Shown here: positions 22,756 to 30,697 of the stretch, piece after piece | Numbering within the stretch: the first letter of the stretch is position 1 | How the letters are laid out: each line of letters opens with the position of its first letter | DNA from: a virus | Taxonomy: Duplodnaviria > Heunggongvirae > Uroviricota > Caudoviricetes | Direction: 5' to 3' (one strand) | DNA: 64,000 nt | IMG/VR virus record: IMGVR_UViG_3300031867_000016 | Coordinates: 27,293 to 91,292 of that record | Made by a program: the position numbers and the translations under genes | Notes under the pieces: model-generated | Told to the model about the DNA's origin: nothing | Database searches by the model: none | What the model saw: only the letters and a program-made list of their open reading frames with translations

Positions 22756-23178
22756 ATGGATATTTATCAGATAGTTTTTATCAGCATTATCGCTGTTATT
22801 CTTGTTCTTTCTTTGATTGACGTGTTTACAAAGCATGCTATTGTTCGCAAAGTATTCCAGTGGAAGCCTGTTCTTGCCGCTGCGACTGCTCTTGCTGGCG
22901 CAGTCGCAGCTGTACTTCCGTCTTCCAAGTTTGGTATAGCTGCTACTGTTCTCAATGCAGCCAGTGAAGCTACACAGAAAGCTGAGATGCTTTATAAAGA
23001 AGCTCTCATTGACAAGGAAGATCGTAACAGATATGCGAAAGAGTTAATCAAAGTCGCGCTCGACAATGCAAAGATTGAAATGACTCCTCAGATTCAGGAA
23101 GTTATAGATGGATGCATTGCTGTAGTATGCATGCTTATGCCGCATGATGTAATAGTAAATGAAATGACAAATGAGTAA
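22756..23178 (+). CDS. small membrane protein (N-terminal TM helix plus a second hydrophobic/Ala-rich segment); function unknown (holin-like, superinfection-exclusion or lysogenic-conversion candidate)
   Basis: 140 aa. RBS is agaggtg. It is the last gene of the + strand operon, before the bidirectional terminator. Confidence 0.45.
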   Translation: MDIYQIVFISIIAVILVLSLIDVFTKHAIVRKVFQWKPVLAAATALAGAVAAVLPSSKFGIAATVLNAASEATQKAEMLYKEALIDKEDRNRYAKELIKVALDNAKIEMTPQIQEVIDGCIAVVCMLMPHDVIVNEMTNE

Positions 23179-23218
23179 TGCACTTTGTCACTTTTTTAAA
23201 AAAGTACCAATATGCATA

Positions 23219-23262
23219 TAAAAAAAATGGGGTCTGCCTTTTTCGGCAGACCCCATTTTTAT
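23219..23262. terminator. bidirectional intrinsic terminator at the convergence of the + strand tail operon and the minus-strand ardC gene
   Basis: Stem atggggtctgcc / ggcagaccccat (12 bp), flanked by an A-run on the left and a T-run on the right. Confidence 0.7.
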
Positions 23263-24110
23263 TCTTCATCCTGTTCGTTAAGTATCAGCTTAACAGCTTT
23301 CTCTGCTCTGCCGGCTGCAGTAACGATCAGTTTCTTGTCTTTCTTCAAAGCATTAAGCCAGCCAGAGATATAGGCGGCATTATTATTGAAGCTGCTCTCA
23401 GTTTCCAAGCCGACATGATTGACAAGCATTGCTGCTCCAAGTTCAGCAACGAGTTCTTCTTTGCTGTAAACTTCGTTGCCAAAGTGAGCGTCTTTATCAA
23501 GCCTATTGAGTCTGGATACGTGACCAGTGGAATGCGTGAGTTCATGAAACGCAGTGCTGTAAAACTCCGCTGTATTCTCGAACTGTGTGATAAGAGGTAT
23601 CACTACAGTGTCAGTAGAAGGGGAGTAGTATGCATCTCTGCTTTCACACTTGATTAGCGTAACTCCTGAATTTGTGATGTAATTTTCTATTACTTTCTCG
23701 GCTTCTTCATCGGGTGAAGCAGAACCCACTTGTACATCTAGATCGCTAAATCGAGGTTTAATTCCTTCACATTGTAAGAGATTGAAAACATTATAGTAGC
23801 GAAGGAAAGGAATGTATTTTATTTCGCCAGTTTCTTTGTCTACTTCTTCGAGGAATTTCCAGAAGATAACGATCTTACTCTTTTCTCCTTTGCGAACATG
23901 ACCGCCTTCTTCTACGCACTGTTTAAATGTTACGTATTCTCCGGGCTGTCCATCCAGACACATCTGATTCAGAAGACTGTATGGTTTTCCAGTAACATGA
24001 GAGATTGCAAGATTGCTCCCGCCTTTCCATGGCTTGTGCCACGGCACAACGCCGGTTTCCATAGTTGCAATAATTCTATCTGCAACCATACTGTAGACAT
24101 CCACACCCAT
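23259..24110 (-). CDS. ardC: ArdC-like antirestriction protein (N-terminal ssDNA-binding domain plus C-terminal zincin-like HExxH metallopeptidase)
   Basis: N-terminal region VVPWHKPW…GKPYS…N fits the ArdC N-terminal/DUF1738 pattern. C-terminal region contains FHELTHSTGH. The start was moved to the internal ATG (MGVDVY…), which is preceded by aaggat. The ORF track extends to 24158. Confidence 0.75.
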   Translation of the reverse strand: MGVDVYSMVADRIIATMETGVVPWHKPWKGGSNLAISHVTGKPYSLLNQMCLDGQPGEYVTFKQCVEEGGHVRKGEKSKIVIFWKFLEEVDKETGEIKYIPFLRYYNVFNLLQCEGIKPRFSDLDVQVGSASPDEEAEKVIENYITNSGVTLIKCESRDAYYSPSTDTVVIPLITQFENTAEFYSTAFHELTHSTGHVSRLNRLDKDAHFGNEVYSKEELVAELGAAMLVNHVGLETESSFNNNAAYISGWLNALKKDKKLIVTAAGRAEKAVKLILNEQDEE

Positions 24111-24141
24111 AATAAGTATCCTTTCTATAATATATTTGCGA

Positions 24142-24176
24142 TAAAAAAAGGCTAGCATTTTCGTGCTAGCCTTTTC
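24142..24176. terminator. hairpin terminator (probably bidirectional) between attP/int and ardC
   Basis: A-run, stem aggctagca / tgctagcct with loop ttttcg, then T-run. Confidence 0.55.
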
Positions 24177-24259
24177 AGCTGCTTATGAAAAAATTCTATC
24201 AAAAAAGTTCTTTCGTAAACAGCTGAGTGAATGCAATGGGGTTTCGTATTTTTTATTCA

Positions 24260-24306
24260 AGGTCTGCAAAACCTTCACTCCCCAGTTCAAATCTGGGTGG
24301 CACCTC
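24260..24306 (+). other. 3' half of tRNA-Cys(GCA): anticodon arm, variable loop, T-arm, 3' acceptor strand and U discriminator, with no 5' half. Predicted attP core.
   Basis: aaggt-ctGCAaa-acctt forms the anticodon stem-loop, with U33, GCA and A37. cccag-ttcaaat-ctggg forms the T-arm. tggcacc plus t gives the acceptor 3' strand and U73, the Cys discriminator. The sequence is close to Bacillus-type tRNA-Cys. The upstream 60 nt contain no D-arm or 5' acceptor. The integrase gene ends 72 nt away. Confidence 0.6.
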
Positions 24307-24377
24307 GAATCCATTGGTATATCTGCGTTTGCGGACAGGCATGGCGCAGATTTTTTAGTGCAGACCTTTACCCTGAA

Positions 24378-25367
24378 TTAAAAGCATAACGCCGCATACA
24401 TGGCGTCAAATCCATCGCCGTACAGATGAATGTATGTATTGTATGTGACCTGTACAGAACTGTGTCCCATCAATCGGCTAAGGATCTTTACGTCAATGCC
24501 TTTATAATAACAGTTGGTTGCAAACGTGTGTCTGAAGACATGTTCTCCGTAGTAGGGGATATTGTTTTCCTGACACAGTTTTTTAGTTTGATACACAAGC
24601 TTCTTGTAAGTGTAGCGCTCTCCGTCCTGCTCAAACACCCATTCGGTTGTACGCTTAAGCTGCAGTGTTTTCAGCAGCAGCAAAGCTTTTGGTGTGAGAG
24701 GAATGGTTCTATTGCTCGCCTTACTTTTGGGTGAATCCTGATAAGTGCTCTTATTTGTCGCATGTGGATTGATGATCGTGGCATGTATTCGCAGCCGGCA
24801 TCTTGATATATTTACATCGGACCATTTGAGAGCAAGCAGTTCTCCGCTTCGAATACCTGTTTCGATCATGAACAGCATCGCAACATACCCGGCATTATCC
24901 ATGTTTTCTTTTACGGCCTTGGTAATGATTGCCTGCTCCTCTTCAGTGTACGCAATTATTTCTTTTGTCTGCTTCTCAAGTATCTCTACCTTTGGATACT
25001 CTATCCCTATAGATGGATCAGCCGGTATGAGCTTCATAGAAGCTGCTCTCTTCAAAGGTGCTGTCACGATCTCAACTTGTTTCTTGATCGTGCTCATACT
25101 GTAATTCTGTTCAACCAGCCAGTTCAAATAAGCTTGAACATCGAACAGATTGATATCACGGATAGGTACCTTTGCCAGAGGATGGCTTGCGAATGTATTG
25201 CGACTCTGAACAAGCCTTGCGAATGTTGCCTTCTTAACAGAATTCTTTTTAAACAGTTCAAGCCATGTATCAATAAAGTCAATCAATACTGTATTTGAAT
25301 CCACTCTGAGTTCCTCCAATCGAGAAACCCCATTGCGGACATCAGTGTACATATTTAATTCAGACAT
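24378..25367 (-). CDS. int: tyrosine site-specific integrase (phage integrase family)
   Basis: 329 aa. The C-terminal catalytic region contains HVFRHTFATNCYYKGIDVKILSRLMGHSSVQVTYNTYIHL (R…H-x-x-R…Y). The N-terminal part resembles a SAM-like core-binding domain. RBS is gaggaa. Confidence 0.9.
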   Translation of the reverse strand: MSELNMYTDVRNGVSRLEELRVDSNTVLIDFIDTWLELFKKNSVKKATFARLVQSRNTFASHPLAKVPIRDINLFDVQAYLNWLVEQNYSMSTIKKQVEIVTAPLKRAASMKLIPADPSIGIEYPKVEILEKQTKEIIAYTEEEQAIITKAVKENMDNAGYVAMLFMIETGIRSGELLALKWSDVNISRCRLRIHATIINPHATNKSTYQDSPKSKASNRTIPLTPKALLLLKTLQLKRTTEWVFEQDGERYTYKKLVYQTKKLCQENNIPYYGEHVFRHTFATNCYYKGIDVKILSRLMGHSSVQVTYNTYIHLYGDGFDAMYAALCF

Positions 25368-25385
25368 GTCAATTCCTCATTGCAT

Positions 25386-25428
25386 TAAATGGGAGCTGCC
25401 TTTGTTTCGGCAGCTCCCATTTTTTTAT
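25386..25428. terminator. strong hairpin (14-bp stem) upstream of int; likely terminator/insulator between the early genes and int
   Basis: aaatgggagctgcc / ggcagctcccattt with a T-run on the + strand. Confidence 0.5.
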
Positions 25429-25561
25429 TTGTCTATACTGTCGACGCTTTCAATTGCATCGTACAAATTATCCATTACCAATTCTTTGGAAACGTAATCA
25501 TTAGAATTTTCTTCGAGATATCTCGCGAAGGTATTTAATAATTCTGTAGCATTTACATACT

Positions 25562-25849
25562 TCATATCTCTTTCATCCTTCTTCCACAATTTGGACAATA
25601 GGTTGTAGCCCTGTTATTTGTTTTGTAACAGGCGCTGCATTCGAATCTTTCCATATCATACTTATATATGTTTACAATCCATTTTGCAGAAGGAACCGTG
25701 TTCACATATACTTCGGACCATCCAGCTTCTTCGAGATCCTGCTCAACCAAATAACGAATGGTTTCTTCTGTCACTTCATAATCATCAAACTCACCGACAA
25801 CCTTTATCAAAAGGTTAGCCGATACTTTATTTACATATTCATCAACCAT
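25562..25849 (-). CDS. small protein with C-terminal zinc ribbon (CxxC…CxxC)
   Basis: 95 aa; contains CSACY…CPNCG. Confidence 0.5.
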   Translation of the reverse strand: MVDEYVNKVSANLLIKVVGEFDDYEVTEETIRYLVEQDLEEAGWSEVYVNTVPSAKWIVNIYKYDMERFECSACYKTNNRATTYCPNCGRRMKEI

Positions 25850-26199
25850 TATTCTTCCTCATCATAAGTTTTTTCCCACGGATAAACATTGATCTGACCG
25901 CAGTCTTTGCATACAACTCTGCGTTGTGGATATTCAACACCATGCAAATGCTCTGATCCACCACATTTTGGACACACAAACAGCGGTGTACCTCCGGGCG
26001 TAATATATCCATGCAGCTGCTTCCATTTGCCAATCGTAACATCTTTAAGAGGGCACCAGTCAGGTCTTGTTCCATCATCCGATACTTCCTCTCCTATAGC
26101 ATAGCAGACGTTAATTGTTTCACTTCCGTTAAATGCATCATGTTTCATTGGACATTCATAACAACCATGTGCAGGAATATCCATATTTATCATTATCAT
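25849..26199 (-). CDS. small zinc-ribbon protein
   Basis: 116 aa; contains CPKCGG…CKDCG. ATGA start/stop overlap with the downstream gene. Confidence 0.5.
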   Translation of the reverse strand: MIMINMDIPAHGCYECPMKHDAFNGSETINVCYAIGEEVSDDGTRPDWCPLKDVTIGKWKQLHGYITPGGTPLFVCPKCGGSEHLHGVEYPQRRVVCKDCGQINVYPWEKTYDEEE

Positions 26200-26208
26200 A
26201 GAACTACC

Positions 26209-26433
26209 TCATGTTTCTACGATCTCAAACTTTGTCGTGTAATGTGATCCGCACATTTCACATGTGCCTTCACCATATTTTAAATACAAAGGATGACCGC
26301 AGTTCTTGCATTTGAGCTCTTTCACTTCAACGATGCTTGCCTGCAGCCCATACGTCTTGCCATTAGGAAGTGTTATTCGATTTATAAAAGAGTCAACATA
26401 TACTTCGCCTTTATCTGTTTTTATATATGGCAT
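26209..26433 (-). CDS. small zinc-ribbon protein
   Basis: 74 aa; contains CKNCGH…CEMCG. Confidence 0.5.
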   Translation of the reverse strand: MPYIKTDKGEVYVDSFINRITLPNGKTYGLQASIVEVKELKCKNCGHPLYLKYGEGTCEMCGSHYTTKFEIVET

Positions 26434-26525
26434 AAATTCTCCTTTTAAACTTGGAAAATATTACCGTATTTTTCCAAGTTAAAGTGTATACTCGATTGTT
26501 GTTTGGAAAATTTTCCATCTTATTT

Positions 26526-26906
26526 CTAAGCCCAGTCTATTAACACTCCGCATACAGGGCAGTATTTATAACCGGTCATGAGATCAATATTACAGTTGCC
26601 GCATTTGATGAAATGGTTTTTTCTTCCGTCAACTCTTTTTGGTTTGGCTGAAGGAATGCAACGTGTAACATTGTCTGCAAGCTTGAAGTTTGTCTTGCTG
26701 AAGCCGCATGTGTTGCATGGCTCTTTGTAAATTGCCGTGCCTCTGTGTTCACAGAGCGTACAGTTTCTCTCTACTTTACCGTGGCTGTTCAGTGTATTAA
26801 CAATTCTTATTGCATCAATGGCTCGCTGCAGAGCAGCATTTGTGCTGCTCGTAGCATCGTCTGTTTTGAGTGTACTCAGAATTTGTATCGCATCATCATT
26901 AAACAT
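26526..26906 (-). CDS. hypothetical protein with two CxxC pairs
   Basis: 126 aa; contains CTLCEH…CNTCG and CGNC…CPVCG. Confidence 0.5.
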   Translation of the reverse strand: MFNDDAIQILSTLKTDDATSSTNAALQRAIDAIRIVNTLNSHGKVERNCTLCEHRGTAIYKEPCNTCGFSKTNFKLADNVTRCIPSAKPKRVDGRKNHFIKCGNCNIDLMTGYKYCPVCGVLIDWA

Positions 26907-27111
26907 TTGGACTTAATACCTCGACAATTTCCATTTTATATTGTGTTCCATTGCAGTTGAACTTGAATCCTTTTCTATTTGAAAGCAGATACTGTGCAAC
27001 GGCTGCAACAGCTTCGTCTGTTACTTCAGACTTCTCTTTCCATTCGCCTTCCTGCTTGAATGTGCCGGCGTAGATACCGGCGATGCCGCAGCCTACATGA
27101 TATTTTTTCAT
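26899..27111 (-). CDS. hypothetical small protein
   Basis: Start placed at the internal ATG (MKKYHVGCG…). It has RBS gaggaag and a TAAGATG junction with the upstream gene. The ORF track extends to 27252, overlapping the upstream gene. Confidence 0.4.
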   Translation of the reverse strand: MKKYHVGCGIAGIYAGTFKQEGEWKEKSEVTDEAVAAVAQYLLSNRKGFKFNCNGTQYKMEIVEVLSPNV

Positions 27112-27112
27112 C

Positions 27113-27370
27113 TTACGCTTCCTCATCATATGGCGGTAACTCAGGAGGTTCAGCCCAGTATGATATATATGTTTCGTAGTATCCATATTCATCGTCCCAT
27201 ACATACCAGCCTGGTCGTTTCTCATCTCGAAATTCATATGGATCAACTTCACTTAAATCCAAAGCAAAACTTATAACACGAAGACTTTGGTAGCCGTGAC
27301 TGTTTCTTACAGTAAGATATTGTTTGCTCTCAGTTGGTTGATGCTCACTTGCTTTTTTCCATTCAAACAT
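27113..27370 (-). CDS. hypothetical protein
   Basis: 85-aa ORF with aromatic/acidic composition. Confidence 0.45.
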   Translation of the reverse strand: MFEWKKASEHQPTESKQYLTVRNSHGYQSLRVISFALDLSEVDPYEFRDEKRPGWYVWDDEYGYYETYISYWAEPPELPPYDEEA

Positions 27371-27497
27371 TTTGTTCTCCTTAAATGTACGGTTACCTGG
27401 ATAAGTTAACGCAGCGGACAGTCATGGACTCGAACCAAACCACCGTAAGTCACCTGAACACCGCCCAGCTGCATCCAGCTTATCCCAGCTTTTTCTT

Positions 27498-27707
27498 TTA
27501 GAATACAATACAGTTAGGGTTTTCACCGTATCTGAATACGATCTTTACTTTGTTTGCCTCAGAGCCTGGCTTGTAAGAAGCAAGCACTGGGTTGTTAACA
27601 AGTTCTCCATCCCACCACGTCATTGCGTCTCCGGGATAAGCAACAATAACATCAAGATCTTCAGCATTGTTATGCCTGATCCATTTAATTAAGTCTTTGC
27701 CAGTCAT
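27498..27707 (-). CDS. hypothetical protein
   Basis: 69-aa ORF. Confidence 0.4.
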   Translation of the reverse strand: MTGKDLIKWIRHNNAEDLDVIVAYPGDAMTWWDGELVNNPVLASYKPGSEANKVKIVFRYGENPNCIVF

Positions 27708-27844
27708 CGTTTATCTCTCCAAGCAGCTTAATTGCTTTGGTAATGTAGTAACCAGCAAGCTCTTCTTCTGCCTGAGGCTGATCATTCTCCTGCCAGTTTT
27801 CACCAAAGCCAAATCTGTCTCTGTGAAGTATCCATTTAAGACCT

Positions 27845-28123
27845 TCAATTGTCGACTCTATCCTGTTCAATATCTTCTTCTCCTGCCACAACAGGCTCCT
27901 GTTCCATCTGATGTTCAAAGCTGCGCAGAGCATTCATCTTTGAATTGAGCTTTGCTCTGTTGTCATCTCTGTACATCTGGCAGTTATACAGCCTCTGAAG
28001 AATATCGATCATGTCATTCTGTGCGTAGATGACATTGTTGTTCGCTTCTTCTACTTCATCCAACAGTTTTGCATATCTCTCCAATTCGTTGGGAGTCATA
28101 CGTTTCAGAGTTTCTGCGTTCAT
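27845..28123 (-). CDS. hypothetical protein (helical, charged)
   Basis: 92-aa ORF. Confidence 0.45.
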   Translation of the reverse strand: MNAETLKRMTPNELERYAKLLDEVEEANNNVIYAQNDMIDILQRLYNCQMYRDDNRAKLNSKMNALRSFEHQMEQEPVVAGEEDIEQDRVDN

Positions 28124-28152
28124 TTTAACACCTCATTAATTGCGATGGATAA

Positions 28153-28506
28153 TTACCATCTCATGTATATACATTCGAGTGGAATGTCTTCGTCCCAGTC
28201 GTAATGGAACCAATCAATAATAGACTGTAAACAGTGCAGTACTGTTTCGGTGTTGCCCCAGCCATTCTCCGGTTCGTACTGTATATAGATTCCAGAGTTA
28301 AATCTTATTTCATGAAGACCGTGCTCAATCTTGGGCAGAACTTCCTTCATGTTGTACCATTCACCCTGTTCGAAATCCCAGTCCATACACTTTCTGAACA
28401 TGATCCCAACATTATATGTTGGGCTGGAGTATTCCGGTTCTCCTATTTTTGCAAATACATCTTCAGTGCCAGCTACCTTTACTCCAAACATAATATCGTA
28501 ACTCAT
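28153..28506 (-). CDS. hypothetical protein
   Basis: Start moved to the ATG (MSYDIMFG…), which is preceded by aggtga. The ORF track begins at an upstream GTG. Confidence 0.5.
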   Translation of the reverse strand: MSYDIMFGVKVAGTEDVFAKIGEPEYSSPTYNVGIMFRKCMDWDFEQGEWYNMKEVLPKIEHGLHEIRFNSGIYIQYEPENGWGNTETVLHCLQSIIDWFHYDWDEDIPLECIYMRW

Positions 28507-28764
28507 ACAATCACCTGAAAAGCCCACATGTTCGCCGCACTCCTGATTGGTGAGTGCGGCTACTTACTGTGGGCGGATTAAAGAAGTATTCTGCAAAGGA
28601 AACCAAAGATGATGCAGGCATCTCCTCTGGCGAGCATGCTCTGATAAAAGGCAGAATACTTTTGGTTTGCCCAAACCCTCTCCCAACAGGCAAACCGTGC
28701 TTCGCGCCTACTCACTATTTACAGCGGTGAGTTTACGCTTTGGCTGGGCGAAGCGTCCCGAATT

Positions 28765-29004
28765 TTATTTTCGTTTTGCAATAGTCAGACATGCAGCATT
28801 ATGTAAAGAATAACCACATGGACATGCGTCCATATAAATACAGTCTTTGCATTCAACTATGCTTTGTATTATTTCATCAGCGACACATCTGTCGCAAAGC
28901 ATTTTGCCGTTGACGGATCTGCAAACAACAAGTCTGCCGCAATACTCACACTCGCAATATTCAACTGTTGTGTTATTCATACCATACACATCCATAGCAA
29001 TCAT
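28765..29004 (-). CDS. Cys-rich small protein (multiple CxxC)
   Basis: 79 aa; contains CECEYCG…CDRC…CKDC…CPCG. Confidence 0.5.
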   Translation of the reverse strand: MIAMDVYGMNNTTVEYCECEYCGRLVVCRSVNGKMLCDRCVADEIIQSIVECKDCIYMDACPCGYSLHNAACLTIAKRK

Positions 29005-29449
29005 GCGTACAGCAAGGTTTCTTATTTTTCATCATCAACCTCTAAAAGTTCTTCGGCAATTTTTTTTAAATCATCAAGGCAATCAAGATATCCAACATCA
29101 CGTGCATCCTCGCATGGTGATGTATTACTTCTTGCGTTAGCAACCCAATCCATCAAAGCATCATAATCAATATATCTGTTCAAGTTTGTATTCCTTTCTG
29201 AGTGTCAGCCATGAGTATTAAATAAAAAATGCGGGTGAGGATTTGCACCTCACATAACCACGAAGCAGTTTATCCCGGGTCAGCACCTCGTAATCTGTCC
29301 TTTGCATAGCGTCTACCTATTCCGCCACCGCATGTTGCCGATCTCATTCTTCTTGATACAGTATGATGTTGTACCTGGATTCAAATTGCGCTTTCTCTTC
29401 TTCAGTGCAGACAATGAAATACAGACATCCGTTGAGTGTATAGCTATAC

Positions 29450-29620
29450 TTATGCATGCTTTACCTCATCTTTCAGAACTTCAAAGGCATCCATTAACAG
29501 CTGATCACGACACGCAAAGCCTTCTCCAGGTTCATAGTACGGGCATTCGCCACACCGATCAAACATTGAACCTTCACAGTGCTGCGTCAGCCCCTTTATG
29601 ACTTTATTTTTTTTGGTCAT
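29450..29620 (-). CDS. small Cys-rich protein, 56 aa (not in the ORF track)
   Basis: MTKKNKVIKGLTQHCEGSMFDRCGECPYY… The start overlaps the stop of the upstream gene (ATGA). Confidence 0.35.
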   Translation of the reverse strand: MTKKNKVIKGLTQHCEGSMFDRCGECPYYEPGEGFACRDQLLMDAFEVLKDEVKHA

Positions 29621-29787
29621 TTTTGCTGCTTCCTTTTTCGTTTGCTTTCTGCTTTACTGCAAAAGTCATCGTCTTTCCATCCGTAACCGTAATCTATATT
29701 GTCACAGTACGGTATTTTATCTTTGTCATAGTGGTGATGAACACAGTTCTTACATCTGATAATTTTTGTTGTTTCATTTTTATCCAT
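29617..29787 (-). CDS. small Cys/His-rich protein
   Basis: Start placed at the internal ATG (MDKNETTKIIRCKNCVHHH…), which has RBS aggaaac. The ORF track extends to 29934, overlapping the upstream gene. Confidence 0.4.
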   Translation of the reverse strand: MDKNETTKIIRCKNCVHHHYDKDKIPYCDNIDYGYGWKDDDFCSKAESKRKRKQQK

Positions 29788-29800
29788 AACTGTTTCCTGC

Positions 29801-30103
29801 TTAATACCAGAGCAATCGCTGCCCACAGTTAGGGCAGCGAAGCGTCTGGATAGCCCTATTGTAGTAACCATCGTCACATTCTTCTTCAAAGTCACCGCCG
29901 CATCTTGGACATTTTGACGGGTTCCATTTTTCAATGATTACTTGTTTTGGTGTGTTGATATCAAGCAATGCCTGCTGATATCCTTTTTCATATTCAGTCA
30001 TCTTTAAGTTCACCGCTGCAGCGTCCAGATTCAAAACTGTATCTGTAGCATTCTCCATTAAGATAATATTCGCACAGACTGCCATCGACTTCTCTGCATT
30101 CAT
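29801..30103 (-). CDS. zinc-ribbon protein
   Basis: 100 aa; contains CPRCGG…CPNCG. Confidence 0.5.
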   Translation of the reverse strand: MNAEKSMAVCANIILMENATDTVLNLDAAAVNLKMTEYEKGYQQALLDINTPKQVIIEKWNPSKCPRCGGDFEEECDDGYYNRAIQTLRCPNCGQRLLWY

Positions 30104-30148
30104 AGCTTAGTATGCGGAGAACGTATTTTCTAAAGCGTGTCTTTAATT

Positions 30149-30316
30149 TCAGAATAATGAACACTCCTGACACATCAATCTTTTTTGAATCTCCCGCTGC
30201 TGATCATTTGTTAAAGTATCGTAGTCAAGTTTGAATGAATCGCATAGACGATCATCCGATACCTTAAAGTCATCGCAGTCCCATGAGTTTCTATAAATAC
30301 AATGATCACATCTCAT
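30149..30316 (-). CDS. small Cys-rich protein, ~55 aa (not in the ORF track)
   Basis: MRCDHCIYRNSWDCDDF…MCQECS. ATGA overlap with the upstream ORF. Confidence 0.3.
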   Translation of the reverse strand: MRCDHCIYRNSWDCDDFKVSDDRLCDSFKLDYDTLTNDQQREIQKRLMCQECSLF

Positions 30317-30483
30317 TTTAAACTCCCATCCAGAAGAGTACTGGTGTAATTACCTAAAAAACTTCTGTAACTTTTTTCACCTAAAATTGCTAGCTTTGTA
30401 AGCTTTTGTTGTTCACTGTAATAGAAGTCTGTCACGAGATCGACATTGATATATATGTCATCGATCTTTACGAATCTGCTCAT
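30313..30483 (-). CDS. small hypothetical protein, ~56 aa (not in the ORF track)
   Basis: MSRFVKIDDIYINVDLVTDFYY… The stop overlaps the next start (ATGA). Confidence 0.3.
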   Translation of the reverse strand: MSRFVKIDDIYINVDLVTDFYYSEQQKLTKLAILGEKSYRSFLGNYTSTLLDGSLK

Positions 30484-30697
30484 TTTTCTTCTCCAGTTTT
30501 CCGCAGTTTACACAGCGTCCGTCTTTGTATTTATGCCCCTTTATGGCACCACATTTGAAATACTTGAATCCTCGTACAAACCAGCCGTTGTAATCATCTG
30601 GTTCTATATCGACGACAGCCCACATAACTGCCAAGATAGATATAGCCATTGATGAAACTATAAAAATATATGCACCAGCTACCATCATAAACCTCAT
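30458..30697 (-). CDS. small membrane-anchored protein with C-terminal zinc ribbon
   Basis: 79 aa; N-terminal TM segment, then CGAIKGH…CVNCG. Confidence 0.45.
   Translation of the reverse strand: MRFMMVAGAYIFIVSSMAISILAVMWAVVDIEPDDYNGWFVRGFKYFKCGAIKGHKYKDGRCVNCGKLEKKNEQIRKDR

Noticed and set aside
25425-25565. Possible ~46-aa minus-strand ORF (MKYVNATELLNTFARYLEEN…) between the hairpin and the first zinc-ribbon gene, with an ATGA overlap
   Set aside because: By hand translation the stop codon is a few nt out of register with the start, so the exact coordinates could not be verified. It was left unannotated.
27395-27490. Minus-strand GGTTCGAGTCC T-loop-like motif in the 127-nt gap between two early genes, suggesting a tRNA
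   Set aside because: No acceptor-stem complement, D-arm or anticodon stem could be paired around it, and only a 4/5 T-stem forms. It was treated as a chance motif unless tRNAscan-SE says otherwise.
27685-27933. 82-aa minus-strand ORF overlapping the 3' end of 27845..28123 by ~90 nt
   Set aside because: There is no in-frame ATG after the upstream stop and no recognisable RBS. It is possibly real with a non-ATG start, but it was not called.
29302-29601. 99-aa + strand ORF in the track
   Set aside because: It lies antisense to a tRNA-like/non-coding region and to a short minus-strand Cys-rich gene. Its composition is odd (His/Leu-rich) and it has no RBS, so it is likely spurious.
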